This document shows, one piece after another, positions 18,797 through 27,665 of a DNA stretch of 64,000 nucleotides (the first letter of the stretch is position 1; each line of letters opens with the position of its first letter). The notes beneath the pieces were generated by a model. The model was not told the DNA's origin. It saw only the letters and a program-made list of their open reading frames with translations, and made no database searches. The translations under genes were made by a program, and so were the position numbers. The DNA comes from an uncultured Clostridia bacterium (lineage in GTDB: Bacteria; Bacillota; Clostridia; TANB77; CAG-508). Location of the stretch: positions 3,364-67,363 of the forward strand of contig CANRMM010000002.1 in NCBI GenBank assembly GCA_947631745.1. Reading direction: 5' to 3'.

Positions 18797-19970
18797 GATA
18801 GAAGGAAATGAATATTATGAACTAGAACAAAGGTTATATCATGATTTGAATTTAGAAATAGAGATTCCAGATAAATTTAAAAGAATAATAAGGGAAGGGC
18901 CAAGAGAGAATAAAAAATATAGTAAATTTGCAAAAATAGTCGCAACAATTTGTGCTACGCTTTTAATAGGAGCTGGAATTGTATATGCAGGAGTTAGCAT
19001 ATACGAAAACATTTGGAAGAAACCAGAGAAGATAGAGGGATTTTATAGTGGAGAAGGAGAAAATATATATCCAATTACTGAAGAAGAAAAAAGCAGTGTT
19101 ATATCTGAATCAGATGCCAAAAAGAGAGCAGAGCAAATATTAAAACAATTTGGTTGTGAAAATGAAAAAATAAAATCGATCGAAATTGAAAATTTGGCAG
19201 TAGATTATGATTTATTATGGCATATAAGAACAGATAAAAATACAGAAATTTTAATTGATGCAAAAAATACAGATAATTTTAGGATAATGCTCGAAAACGA
19301 ATTAAGTGAGGTAGAAAAATATGAAATAACAGAAAAAGAAGCTGAAGAAATAGCAAAAAACATTTGCAGAAAATTAGGGTATAATATAGATGAATACAAT
19401 GATATAAGAATATTTCATAATGGACTTTTAGATGAGAATATTAAAATGTGGAAAATAGTTTTCTACAAAGAATATAATGAAATTGTAAATCCCTATGAAT
19501 CTATACGTATTGGTTTTATTCCTAAAACTAATAAAATTTGTTATTTCTTTGTGAGTAATAGGGAATTTGAAAACAATCCAATTGAGATAAGAGAAGAACA
19601 GGCAAAAGAAATAGTACTAAAAGAAGAAGAAAAAATAACTATGAAATATAAAGAAATAAAGAATATAGAAACTGAATTAGGCATTATTGAAACAAATGGT
19701 AATGCATATTTGAGAGTAACAGATTATAAAAAATATCGTGAACAACTTTATAAAAGCTATCCAGAAGAAGACGTTGCATTATATCGTACAGAAAGTCATA
19801 TTAGAAGAGCATGGATAGTTACTATAGAATACGATGTTTTGGAAGATACAGAAGAAAGTAATGATATTAATGAAAGGTATTATTCATATTTTGTTGATGC
19901 AACAACAGGAGAAATAATAGGTGGAGAATTATACTATCAAAACATAAAGAAGCTTTTATATGAATATTAA
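18789..19970 (+). CDS. membrane-anchored putative anti-sigma factor with PepSY-like extracytoplasmic repeats
   Basis: ATGAATGA overlap with the sigma gene; single TM (IVATICATLLIGAGIVYAGV); three repeats with PepSY-like pattern, ending YFVDATTGEIIGGE. Confidence 0.55.
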   Translation: MNEIEGNEYYELEQRLYHDLNLEIEIPDKFKRIIREGPRENKKYSKFAKIVATICATLLIGAGIVYAGVSIYENIWKKPEKIEGFYSGEGENIYPITEEEKSSVISESDAKKRAEQILKQFGCENEKIKSIEIENLAVDYDLLWHIRTDKNTEILIDAKNTDNFRIMLENELSEVEKYEITEKEAEEIAKNICRKLGYNIDEYNDIRIFHNGLLDENIKMWKIVFYKEYNEIVNPYESIRIGFIPKTNKICYFFVSNREFENNPIEIREEQAKEIVLKEEEKITMKYKEIKNIETELGIIETNGNAYLRVTDYKKYREQLYKSYPEEDVALYRTESHIRRAWIVTIEYDVLEDTEESNDINERYYSYFVDATTGEIIGGELYYQNIKKLLYEY

Positions 19971-19982
19971 TAACTGAAAGTT

Positions 19983-20010
19983 GGGGTGCCTGAAGCGGGC
20001 ACCCCATTTT
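19983..20010 (+). terminator. G+C-rich terminator
   Basis: GGGGTGCC tgaagc(g) GGCACCCC followed by ATTTTT. Confidence 0.8.
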
Positions 20011-20038
20011 TCCATAAACTAAAGTAATAGCTATTGGA

Positions 20039-20053
20039 AGAAACTAGAGGAGC
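20039..20053. repeat. left arm of perfect 15-bp inverted repeat
   Basis: AGAAACTAGAGGAGC; exact reverse complement at 20711-20725. Confidence 0.9.
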
Positions 20054-20106
20054 AAAATTAGCTTTTACTCAGAGGTTATTTATGCTTTTGATTCGAATAA
20101 ATTAAA

Positions 20107-20685
20107 TTATCTCCAAGCATCTTTCATCAAATAATACCAATAAGTAACAGTACAGGGGAGATTATCGTCATAGTTTCCATTGGCATCAGTAATACGGAAG
20201 TAAATTTGAACTTCTTGATCTCTAGTCACAGGGGCTGATCCAGTTAAAACAGTACCCGTTTTCCCTACAGAGGAAATGCCTTCACCACCAAGCAGAACAG
20301 AAGAGGTATAGGCTTTTAGAATTTGGACAGTCATTTTAACTGACTTGCTACAGCTATATTCGGCATAAATGGCAACGGAATAACCGGTAACACCGATTTT
20401 TTTAACAGGAGTTACGTTATTTCCCTCCATTGTAAACGTACCGACATTAATCCAACCAGTCACATTATTCCAGGTTTCCACTTCAGAAATAGAAGAAACC
20501 GAAGAAAGAACTGTGGAAGTGGGAAGTGTAGCAATGGCTTCTCCGTCACTGTTAAAAGTGATAGTCTGCTTTTCGCTCACAATCACCGAAGGGTTATTGG
20601 CATCGGTAGATTCTGAAGCAGAAGAGGCAGGAACTACGGAGAAACACATAATTGTCGCTAACAAGAGTGCTAAAAACCGTTTCAT
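20107..20685 (-). CDS. secreted protein of unknown family (higher G+C than surroundings)
   Basis: Start MKRFLALLLATIMCFSVVPASSASE (signal peptide) behind AAAGGAG; beta-rich, 2 Cys; codon usage visibly less A+T-biased than neighbours. Confidence 0.6.
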   Translation of the reverse strand: MKRFLALLLATIMCFSVVPASSASESTDANNPSVIVSEKQTITFNSDGEAIATLPTSTVLSSVSSISEVETWNNVTGWINVGTFTMEGNNVTPVKKIGVTGYSVAIYAEYSCSKSVKMTVQILKAYTSSVLLGGEGISSVGKTGTVLTGSAPVTRDQEVQIYFRITDANGNYDDNLPCTVTYWYYLMKDAWR

Positions 20686-20710
20686 AGTAAAAATACTCCT
20701 TTCATAGTTG

Positions 20711-20725
20711 GCTCCTCTAGTTTCT
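20711..20725. repeat. right arm of perfect 15-bp inverted repeat
   Basis: GCTCCTCTAGTTTCT = reverse complement of 20039-20053. Confidence 0.9.
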
Positions 20726-20744
20726 ATGTGCAAAGTTTGCACAT
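20726..20744. promoter_or_regulatory. 19-bp perfect palindrome (candidate operator)
   Basis: ATGTGCAAA g TTTGCACAT, directly abutting the right inverted-repeat arm, in the 5' region of the secreted-protein gene. Confidence 0.6.
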
Positions 20745-20760
20745 GCTTAATATAACATAA

Positions 20761-20767
20761 TTCGACA
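20761..20767 (-). promoter_or_regulatory. perfect Spo0A-box (TGTCGAA)
   Basis: Plus strand TTCGACA = rc of 0A-box consensus TGNCGAA; lies between the Spo0A-like gene and the secreted-protein gene. Confidence 0.5.
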
Positions 20768-20785
20768 ATATTAGATATAAAGAAA

Positions 20786-20813
20786 AATGTATCTTAATGT
20801 ATCTTGATGTATC
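20786..20813. repeat. three direct repeats with 10-bp phasing
   Basis: AATGTATCTT AATGTATCTT GATGTATC; overlaps the stop codon of the Spo0A-like gene. Confidence 0.7.
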
Positions 20814-21570
20814 AAACATAAAAGCTACGAATTATATTTTTATGAACATTTAACAGAACGATACTTATAATAGTTTTTATATTAGGTTTGTGTGGTGTTG
20901 TTAGAGAAAAATAGTTAGTTAATTTGTCTTCAGGGCAGTTATAATACATTGCTTCAGTAGCTCTAACGATATTACATTTTATATTATTACTTGTTTGATT
21001 ATATCTTTGAGCGATTGTTGGATAAACATACTTATTTAAGTTTTCTAGTAGTGCGTCACCTTGAGAAAAAATCATATATATTACATCAATTAAATATTGG
21101 GTACCTTTATGAGAGACATCATAGCTTAGGTATAAAAGTTCATCTGTAATTAAACTTTTTATGTTATGTATTTTATATTTTTCTTCCTTAATTAAAATTA
21201 GTTCATTTATTTGTGATACTATTTGCTCAGTATTTAATGTATTGGGTAATAATTTGTAAATCATCGAATTATCTTTTAACACAGGGTTACTAATTAAATC
21301 CATTTCACCGCAAGTGACAAGAATAGAATTATTATATTGATTTTGATGTTCAGAAACTAATCTGTTAAGTATTTCAATTCCATCATAGTTAGGCATTTTT
21401 AAATCCAGTAATACAATATCTATATTATTTGCAGAACTTAAAAGTTCTAAAGTTTCCTTCCCATCGACTGTAATATTAGAAACTCTTATATAATTAGAAG
21501 TTGCATTAATAGATGACATTAAACTTCTTGCATAATCAACATTATTGTTTGCTATTAATAAATTTAGCAT
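20812..21570 (-). CDS. Spo0A-like response regulator paralog (degenerate receiver + Spo0A_C DNA-binding domain)
   Basis: Receiver: LLIANNN (Asn-Asn where the acidic pair DD is expected), VLLDLKMPNYDG keeps the phospho-Asp position; C-terminal HKGTQYLIDVIYMI...YPTIAQRYNQTSNNIKCNIVRATEAMY matches the Spo0A C-terminal pattern. Confidence 0.75.
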   Translation of the reverse strand: MLNLLIANNNVDYARSLMSSINATSNYIRVSNITVDGKETLELLSSANNIDIVLLDLKMPNYDGIEILNRLVSEHQNQYNNSILVTCGEMDLISNPVLKDNSMIYKLLPNTLNTEQIVSQINELILIKEEKYKIHNIKSLITDELLYLSYDVSHKGTQYLIDVIYMIFSQGDALLENLNKYVYPTIAQRYNQTSNNIKCNIVRATEAMYYNCPEDKLTNYFSLTTPHKPNIKTIISIVLLNVHKNIIRSFYV

Positions 21571-21719
21571 AAAATCATCTCCTATATATAAGAGACATTG
21601 AGAGTATAAAATAATTTCAAAAAATGTAGTATTTTGTATTTTTTTGTCGATTTAATAAATAAAAATAATGAAACTAAAAGATGATAATATATAATCTATT
21701 ATATAGAAGGGAGAAGAAA

Positions 21720-22244
21720 ATGAAAAAATTAAAAGAAAATACTGATGAAAATGATGAAATTTGTTATATATTTGAAAAATATATGCTTGATATGTATAAA
21801 GTAGCTAAATCTCGACTATATGATGAAGAAGACGTGTATGATGCGATACAGGAAACAGGCTATAGATTATACAAAAATATGAAGAAAATTAAACAACCTG
21901 AAAAAATAAAAATATGGCTATTAAAAGTTTTAATTAATGAATGTAACAAGATATATAACAGAAAAAAGAAAGAAGTAAAATTACAAGAGAAGATTTATGA
22001 AGAAGAATTAAAGAATGTAAATAGTAATTATAGTAATGAAGAAATAGAGTTCGATTTTATAATTAAAAGTCTGAACAAAGATGACAGACTAATTTTTTCT
22101 TTATATTATGGAAATAAATTAACAATAAAGGAAATCTCAAAAATTATAGGAAAAAATGAGAACACAATAAAGACCAGAATGAAACGAGCAAAGGAATATA
22201 TTAAAGATAGGTTAGAGAAAGGAGAAGAAAAATATGAAAAATAG
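21720..22244 (+). CDS. ECF-type sigma-70 family sigma factor
   Basis: DAIQETGYRLYKNMKKIKQPEKIKIWLLKVLINE (region 2), LTIKEISKIIGKNENTIKTRMKRA (region 4). Confidence 0.8.
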   Translation: MKKLKENTDENDEICYIFEKYMLDMYKVAKSRLYDEEDVYDAIQETGYRLYKNMKKIKQPEKIKIWLLKVLINECNKIYNRKKKEVKLQEKIYEEELKNVNSNYSNEEIEFDFIIKSLNKDDRLIFSLYYGNKLTIKEISKIIGKNENTIKTRMKRAKEYIKDRLEKGEEKYEK

Positions 22245-23358
22245 TGAATTAGATATGAAATTATATAATTACTATAATAAGATAGAAATGTCTCCTAAAT
22301 TTTACACTTTGCCTAAAAGTATAGCAAAAACAAATTATTATAAAAATAATAAGACATATATTTTGAAATTATCAATAGCTTGTATGTTACTATTGATGAT
22401 ATGTACAGTAACTTTCGGAAAAAACATATATATGTCAATTCTAGAAGCTATGGCTGAAGTTCATGAGGGGGTATCAGTAGCAATTAATAATGATTACTAT
22501 GCTGAGATAGAGATGGAATATGCAAATTCGAACAAAATAAAGTTAAAAGTAAGTGAATTTATTATGGATGACTATAATTTGTTTTTAGGATTTAAAATAG
22601 AAAATAATCGTATGGAAGAAATAAGAAATATAAAGTTTCAAGATATGACTATAACAGATGAGTATAATAATCTAATATTTTGCGATGATAAAGAAGCTTA
22701 TGATAAATATTGTAAAGAAAATAATATGCGAAGTGAAAGAATAACAGAATATAGTTTAACCAATAGGGGATATGGAATAGAGCAAGTAAAACAAGATGGT
22801 AATGAATTGGAAGTGTTGTATAAATTATGCTCAGATGGATATCCAAAAAGTAAAGAATTGCATATACAAATTCATACAATAGAAGCTAAAGGAGAAAAGG
22901 GAGAAACATTGAAACTAGATGGTATATGGAAAATGAAAGTAAATGTACCAAAAGAATTTTATGAGAGAAATTATATTACTTATCAAGTAAAAGATGGTAG
23001 TGACGCTAAATATGGAATGCATATAGACAATATGGTAGTAACTGATACTCAAACTGTTGTATCATATAAAGGAAATTATAATATTGATAATATTACATTT
23101 AATAATACTGAAGAAGAAATATTAGATTTTATTGATAATAATCGTAGCTTTTATGATGAAATAAAACTAAAAAATGAAAAAGGTGAAATATTTAATACTG
23201 CTTCAATGACAGACGCATTTGGTACATATTATTCAAAGGAAAACGAACAATTTGAAGGAAGGTTACCATTTGAACTAACGAAATATGATATAACAGATAA
23301 GATATATTTGATAATTATAAAAAATGGAGAAGAAAAAGTGATAAATTTGGAGAGGTAA
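22234..23358 (+). CDS. putative anti-sigma factor (DUF4179-like, single TM)
   Basis: Overlaps the sigma gene stop; TM LKLSIACMLLLMICTVTF; extracytoplasmic beta-rich domain. Confidence 0.5.
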   Translation: MKNSELDMKLYNYYNKIEMSPKFYTLPKSIAKTNYYKNNKTYILKLSIACMLLLMICTVTFGKNIYMSILEAMAEVHEGVSVAINNDYYAEIEMEYANSNKIKLKVSEFIMDDYNLFLGFKIENNRMEEIRNIKFQDMTITDEYNNLIFCDDKEAYDKYCKENNMRSERITEYSLTNRGYGIEQVKQDGNELEVLYKLCSDGYPKSKELHIQIHTIEAKGEKGETLKLDGIWKMKVNVPKEFYERNYITYQVKDGSDAKYGMHIDNMVVTDTQTVVSYKGNYNIDNITFNNTEEEILDFIDNNRSFYDEIKLKNEKGEIFNTASMTDAFGTYYSKENEQFEGRLPFELTKYDITDKIYLIIIKNGEEKVINLER

Positions 23359-23372
23359 GAAAGGAGTAAAAT

Positions 23373-23792
23373 ATGAAAAAAATTCTCATAATTCTATGCC
23401 TTCCAGTCAGCATTGTAATTTTAGCCTTATGTATAGAAAAAATATTTTATAATTCCATAATATTAGTATTTAAATATGATTATGTTATATGGTGCAATGC
23501 AGACAAACGTAATTATATAACAGAAGAATATGGAATAACTGGAAATTATAATATTATTGCATGTGAAGTTAGTTGGGATAGAGAAAAAATGAAAGTTTAT
23601 AAAATTAAAGAATTACCGTATGGTGTAGGAGAAAGAATAGAAATATCGTCAGCTTTATGTGAGTATGTTAGAGAAAATAATAAGGTAGAAGAAGTTATAA
23701 TAAAATCTTCACTTCCATATATTATAATAGGAATAGTATTAATTATATTAATTAAGACAATGATAAAAAAATATCGTGAACAAGAAGAATAA
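23373..23792 (+). CDS. hypothetical membrane protein (N- and C-terminal TM)
   Basis: ORF with SD AAAGGAG; no recognisable family. Confidence 0.4.
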   Translation: MKKILIILCLPVSIVILALCIEKIFYNSIILVFKYDYVIWCNADKRNYITEEYGITGNYNIIACEVSWDREKMKVYKIKELPYGVGERIEISSALCEYVRENNKVEEVIIKSSLPYIIIGIVLIILIKTMIKKYREQEE

Positions 23793-23903
23793 TTGACATC
23801 AAACTGAAGTAGACCATATTTTACAATGATATACGGGAATAATTCTATAAAAGTAAAAACAACAGGAAGTATAAGTGAATCAGATTCACTTTTATAACAG
23901 AAA

Positions 23904-23934
23904 AAGGTTGCAATCCTTGAATGCAACCTTTTCT
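23904..23934. terminator. bidirectional terminator
   Basis: AAGGTTGCA / TGCAACCTT stem flanked by an A-run and a T-run. Confidence 0.7.
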
Positions 23935-24007
23935 CAACAGCTATTAAATATATAGCAGGTGTTGAACTAAACACATGAACCCATTCTTCTTTCTTTATTT
24001 TTGTTTT

Positions 24008-25177
24008 TCATTGCTTGATATATGGTTTTAAAATTGGTGTTCCTCCAATTATCTCTCCCGTTGTAGCATCTATATAATAAGCATAAAATCTATACATTAC
24101 TCCATCTTTGTCTACAATCCTATTTTTTGTTTCCCCTATATCGTACTCTATCGTAACCTTCCAAACTTTTCTTACTAAAGCCTCTGTACGAAATTCAATA
24201 TAATCTTCTGGAGGATAGTTTTGTTCTAATTGTCTTTTATACTTAGAATAATCCATACTTCTAAAATATGCATCACCATTCATTCTAACAATATCTAAAG
24301 ATGCACTTGTATTTATAATTTTATATCCAATGTCAATCTTGTTTTCATTATTTATGGCTGTTTCAATTGCTTTTTCTTTATCAATGTCTACTGGATTATT
24401 ATCATATTCAATATCATATATAGTAAATCGATATAATTCATTTATTTCTGGAATAAAACCAATATTAATTGATTCATAAGGATTCACAATTCCATCATAT
24501 GTTCTTTTAAAATCAACATACCATATATAAGAATCACTTTCCGAAAGGAGATTTGTACTTATTTTCAAATCATCATATTTTGTTGAATCATATCCATACT
24601 TTTTGCAAAGTTCTTTTGCTGTTATTTCTGCATCCTCCTTCGTAGTTCTATAGTTTTTTATATCTTTATGTAATATATTATTAAATGTTACACTTAAATA
24701 TTTTCCGTCTCCTGCATCAAATGATAAAAATATATTATTTTCTGTTTCAATGCACCATATCACGTCATAATTATCAGGATAATTTTGAAGTTCTATTGAC
24801 TTTATCTTCTCATTTTTATATCCAAATTTTTCTAATATTTTTTTTGCATTTTCTCTTGCCTGCTTTTCTGACATTATTCCTTCATATTTTTTATTTTCAC
24901 TTATGTCCGTAATATTATTTTCTTCCGAATAAAATCCGATTGTTTTCTCTGGCTCTTTCCATATCTTATTAGTTATAGCAGTTCCTGCATATACAATCCC
25001 AACTGATAATACTAAACTAATACTAGCTATTATAGCTACTTTTCGTATTGGATAACCCAATACTTTCTTTTTTTCTTTATCTGTATTTAAACTTTCTTGA
25101 ATAACAGTTTTAAATTCACTTGGAATTTCAATTTTTGAATTTAATTCACGATATAATCTTTTATCTAACTCGTCCAT
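24008..25177 (-). CDS. putative anti-sigma factor, paralog of 18789-19970
   Basis: Same architecture and many identical blocks (IWKEPEK, IVNPYESI.IGFIP, YYIDATTGEIIGG); start ATG 25177 behind AAAGGAG. Confidence 0.55.
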   Translation of the reverse strand: MDELDKRLYRELNSKIEIPSEFKTVIQESLNTDKEKKKVLGYPIRKVAIIASISLVLSVGIVYAGTAITNKIWKEPEKTIGFYSEENNITDISENKKYEGIMSEKQARENAKKILEKFGYKNEKIKSIELQNYPDNYDVIWCIETENNIFLSFDAGDGKYLSVTFNNILHKDIKNYRTTKEDAEITAKELCKKYGYDSTKYDDLKISTNLLSESDSYIWYVDFKRTYDGIVNPYESINIGFIPEINELYRFTIYDIEYDNNPVDIDKEKAIETAINNENKIDIGYKIINTSASLDIVRMNGDAYFRSMDYSKYKRQLEQNYPPEDYIEFRTEALVRKVWKVTIEYDIGETKNRIVDKDGVMYRFYAYYIDATTGEIIGGTPILKPYIKQ

Positions 25178-25713
25178 TTTCTTCACTCCTTTCTAAAATA
25201 TTTTTAATTTTTTGCTTTGCTCGTGTCCTTTTAGTCGTTACCGTAGTTTCTTTCAAGTTTAATATTTTTCCTATTTCTTTATCTGTAAATTTTTCTATAT
25301 AATATAAAATAATAATAGCTCTATCTTCATATTTTAAATTTTTACACATAAAATCAAAATCTAGTAACAAATCTATATCTTCTATATTAGTTGACTCAAT
25401 TAGTCCAGTTCTTTCTGAATCATCAAAAGGTATTATTTTATTTTGACTTTTTTGCTTGTAAATTTTATTGGTTTGATTTATCAAAATTTTAATTATCCAA
25501 GTTTTAAAATATATAACGTGTTTTAATTTTTTAATGGATTTAAAGGCTATTAAAATAGTTTCTTGTACTGCATCATATATATCTTCATTGTTATTTAATC
25601 TCATTTTTGCAACTCTATATAAATCCTTTTCTAATAATAGCATGAGAGTAGTAAAAGCTTCTTTATTGCCGCATTTTTGCTTCTGTTACTAGTTCTTCAA
25701 TATTTTCTTCCAT
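25161..25713 (-). pseudogene. ECF sigma factor paralog of 18266-18796, frameshifted in an A5 run
   Basis: ATG 25713 gives MEENIEELVTEAKMRQ*; the neighbouring frame continues KCGNKEAFTTLMLLLEKDLYRVAKMRL..., colinear with paralog KARKGDKKAFTELMVLYESDLYKIARSRL; shift at AAAAA (25674-25678). Confidence 0.7.
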
Positions 25714-25929
25714 ATTTGTTCCTTTCTAGTTTTGTTTATAAACTCAATCCATATATTAAATGTTCAGTATCCTTCTATTTTTTCATATATCTATATAATT
25801 AGATATTTTTTTATGGAAATTTCTTTCACTTTTTTTATATTTTTTTTCATATCATTTATTATTTCATATCCAAGATATAGGAATATGAGTCAATTCTTTT
25901 AATTTTTGCTGTCTTTTGATATTATAATA

Positions 25930-25959
25930 TTGTAACCAATATATTCTATATGCTATAAT
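25930..25959 (+). promoter_or_regulatory. duplicate copy of the exporter-operon promoter
   Basis: TTGTAA, 18 nt spacer, TGcTATAAT; near-identical to rc of 18078-18107. Confidence 0.5.
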
Positions 25960-26026
25960 TTTTTTACTACTTACTGTCATCATATTAAAAATCTTTAAAG
26001 AAAAAAATATTGTAAATGAATCATAG
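25958..26026 (+). pseudogene. 3'-terminal remnant of first ABC-2 permease
   Basis: ...TTTTTACTACTTACTGTCATCATATTAAAAATCTTTAAAGAAAAAAATATTGTAAATGAATCATAG aligns to the last roughly 22 codons of the 17097-18057 gene; everything upstream is deleted back to the promoter. Confidence 0.7.
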
Positions 26027-26035
26027 GAGAGATTT

Positions 26036-26158
26036 ATGGAAGTATTAAAATGTGAAAATTTAAAGAAAAAAATAAAGGATAAGGTAATTGTAGAAAATAT
26101 TTCTTTTTCTATTAATCGTGGTTTTATTAAGAAGGTAGGTGGCACAGACATTGATTAA
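26036..26158 (+). pseudogene. internally deleted ABC ATPase remnant (40 codons)
   Basis: MEVLKCENLKKKIKDKVIVENISFSINRG|FIKKVGGTDID*: the first 27 aa and last 11 aa of the 16358-17086 protein joined directly; Walker A through the D-loop is missing. Confidence 0.8.
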
Positions 26159-27665
26159 GTTAATTGAAAATGAACTAATTAAAATTTTTAAGAAAAAAAG
26201 TTTTTATTTATTGCTACTCATCATCATTATTATTATTGTTTTATTTAACCATGCTAATCCTGATCAAAATCATACTTTAGAGTTTCCTAAAACTTCAGAT
26301 ATGGCTGTTAATCTTTGGGAACAAAACTTAAAAAATAAAGCTGTAAATGATGAAAGTTATATAAATAGTGAAGGTTATATTCAAGACAAATATTCTATTG
26401 AATTTGGTAAGCTATATAACAGTTATCCAGAAAATTCTTGGCAAAGATATGCCTTAAATGATGAACGTAATAGTATATCTGTCCCATTGTTTCCCACAGA
26501 TCTTCATCAAGATATTGAACCTAATTTAAAAACAATAATTGATTATGAAATAAATCCTAATTTTAATATTCAGAAAAATGATTATGAAGAAGCAAAAAAA
26601 ATATATGAACAATATATGCAAGCTTTAAATAATGACGATTGGAAAGAATATGTTGCACTAAAAATTAAGAACTTACGTCAAAAAAGTGAAAGTTCTTCTA
26701 CTACTTCTGATGAAAAGAAAAGTTTGAATATTGAAATAGAAATATATGAATATAGATTAAAATATGATATTCCTTTTAATGATGATATTTTCAATGATTA
26801 CATAAGTAATTGGAGAGAGGAGCAGTATCTTTTAGAATCTTTTTTAAAAATGGGTACTTCTGATGAGTTTTATTATCAAACGACACAAATTTGTAAATTA
26901 AATATTGCTTTAAGTAAATATGCCTTGGAAAATAAAATTGAATATGATATTTCAGATAGTGCAATTACTGTACTCTCTCATAATAAAGTTGATGCCAGAA
27001 TTTCTTTGATAAGATTATTTAAACATTTTGATATTGTAATTGTTGCAGTAGCAATTTATATATCTTGCACTAACATAACCGAAGAAAAAAATAAAGGAAC
27101 AATTAAAAATTTACTTACCAAACCTCATAAACGTAGTAAAATTTTAATTTCAAAAATCTTAGCTTGTATAATAACAGTTATAATAACTACTTTGTTTATG
27201 ATTATTGTACAATATGTTGTTGGTGGAATCATCTTTGGATTTGATAGTTACAATATTGATTACATTGGTTATAACTATACTTCTGATTCTGTATTTACTT
27301 TGAATTTATTTGTTTATTTACTACTTTTGTTATTATGCAAATTACCAATGTATTTTATAATTGTTACATTTTGCATATTTATGAGTGTTATAAATAAGCA
27401 TTCTATTATGGCAATGATTCTTACTTTAAGCATTTTTCTAATCCGTACTGATATTGAGAGATATTCTAGATTTCCTGTATTTACTCCTATTGCTAAATAT
27501 TTTATAACAAATAATTGGGATCTTAGTATATTTTTATTTGGACGAATACCTGATTTTAATGTATTAACACTTCCTTTTTCAATATTTGTTTGTTTAATCT
27601 ATGAGATACTACTATTAATTATTGCTATTCGTCATTTTTCAAAAAGGGATATATATAATATTTAG
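26139..27665 (+). CDS. ABC-2 permease, close paralog of 14872-16377
   Basis: GTG start; 3 differences in the first 44 residues versus the paralog; same TM layout. Confidence 0.75.
   Translation: MAQTLIKLIENELIKIFKKKSFYLLLLIIIIIIVLFNHANPDQNHTLEFPKTSDMAVNLWEQNLKNKAVNDESYINSEGYIQDKYSIEFGKLYNSYPENSWQRYALNDERNSISVPLFPTDLHQDIEPNLKTIIDYEINPNFNIQKNDYEEAKKIYEQYMQALNNDDWKEYVALKIKNLRQKSESSSTTSDEKKSLNIEIEIYEYRLKYDIPFNDDIFNDYISNWREEQYLLESFLKMGTSDEFYYQTTQICKLNIALSKYALENKIEYDISDSAITVLSHNKVDARISLIRLFKHFDIVIVAVAIYISCTNITEEKNKGTIKNLLTKPHKRSKILISKILACIITVIITTLFMIIVQYVVGGIIFGFDSYNIDYIGYNYTSDSVFTLNLFVYLLLLLLCKLPMYFIIVTFCIFMSVINKHSIMAMILTLSIFLIRTDIERYSRFPVFTPIAKYFITNNWDLSIFLFGRIPDFNVLTLPFSIFVCLIYEILLLIIAIRHFSKRDIYNI

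Noticed and set aside
25864-26151. 95-aa minus-strand ORF across the arm-B junction
   Set aside because: The plus strand here is explained base by base as a promoter copy plus permease and ATPase remnants. The minus ORF has no SD and a junk-like composition.
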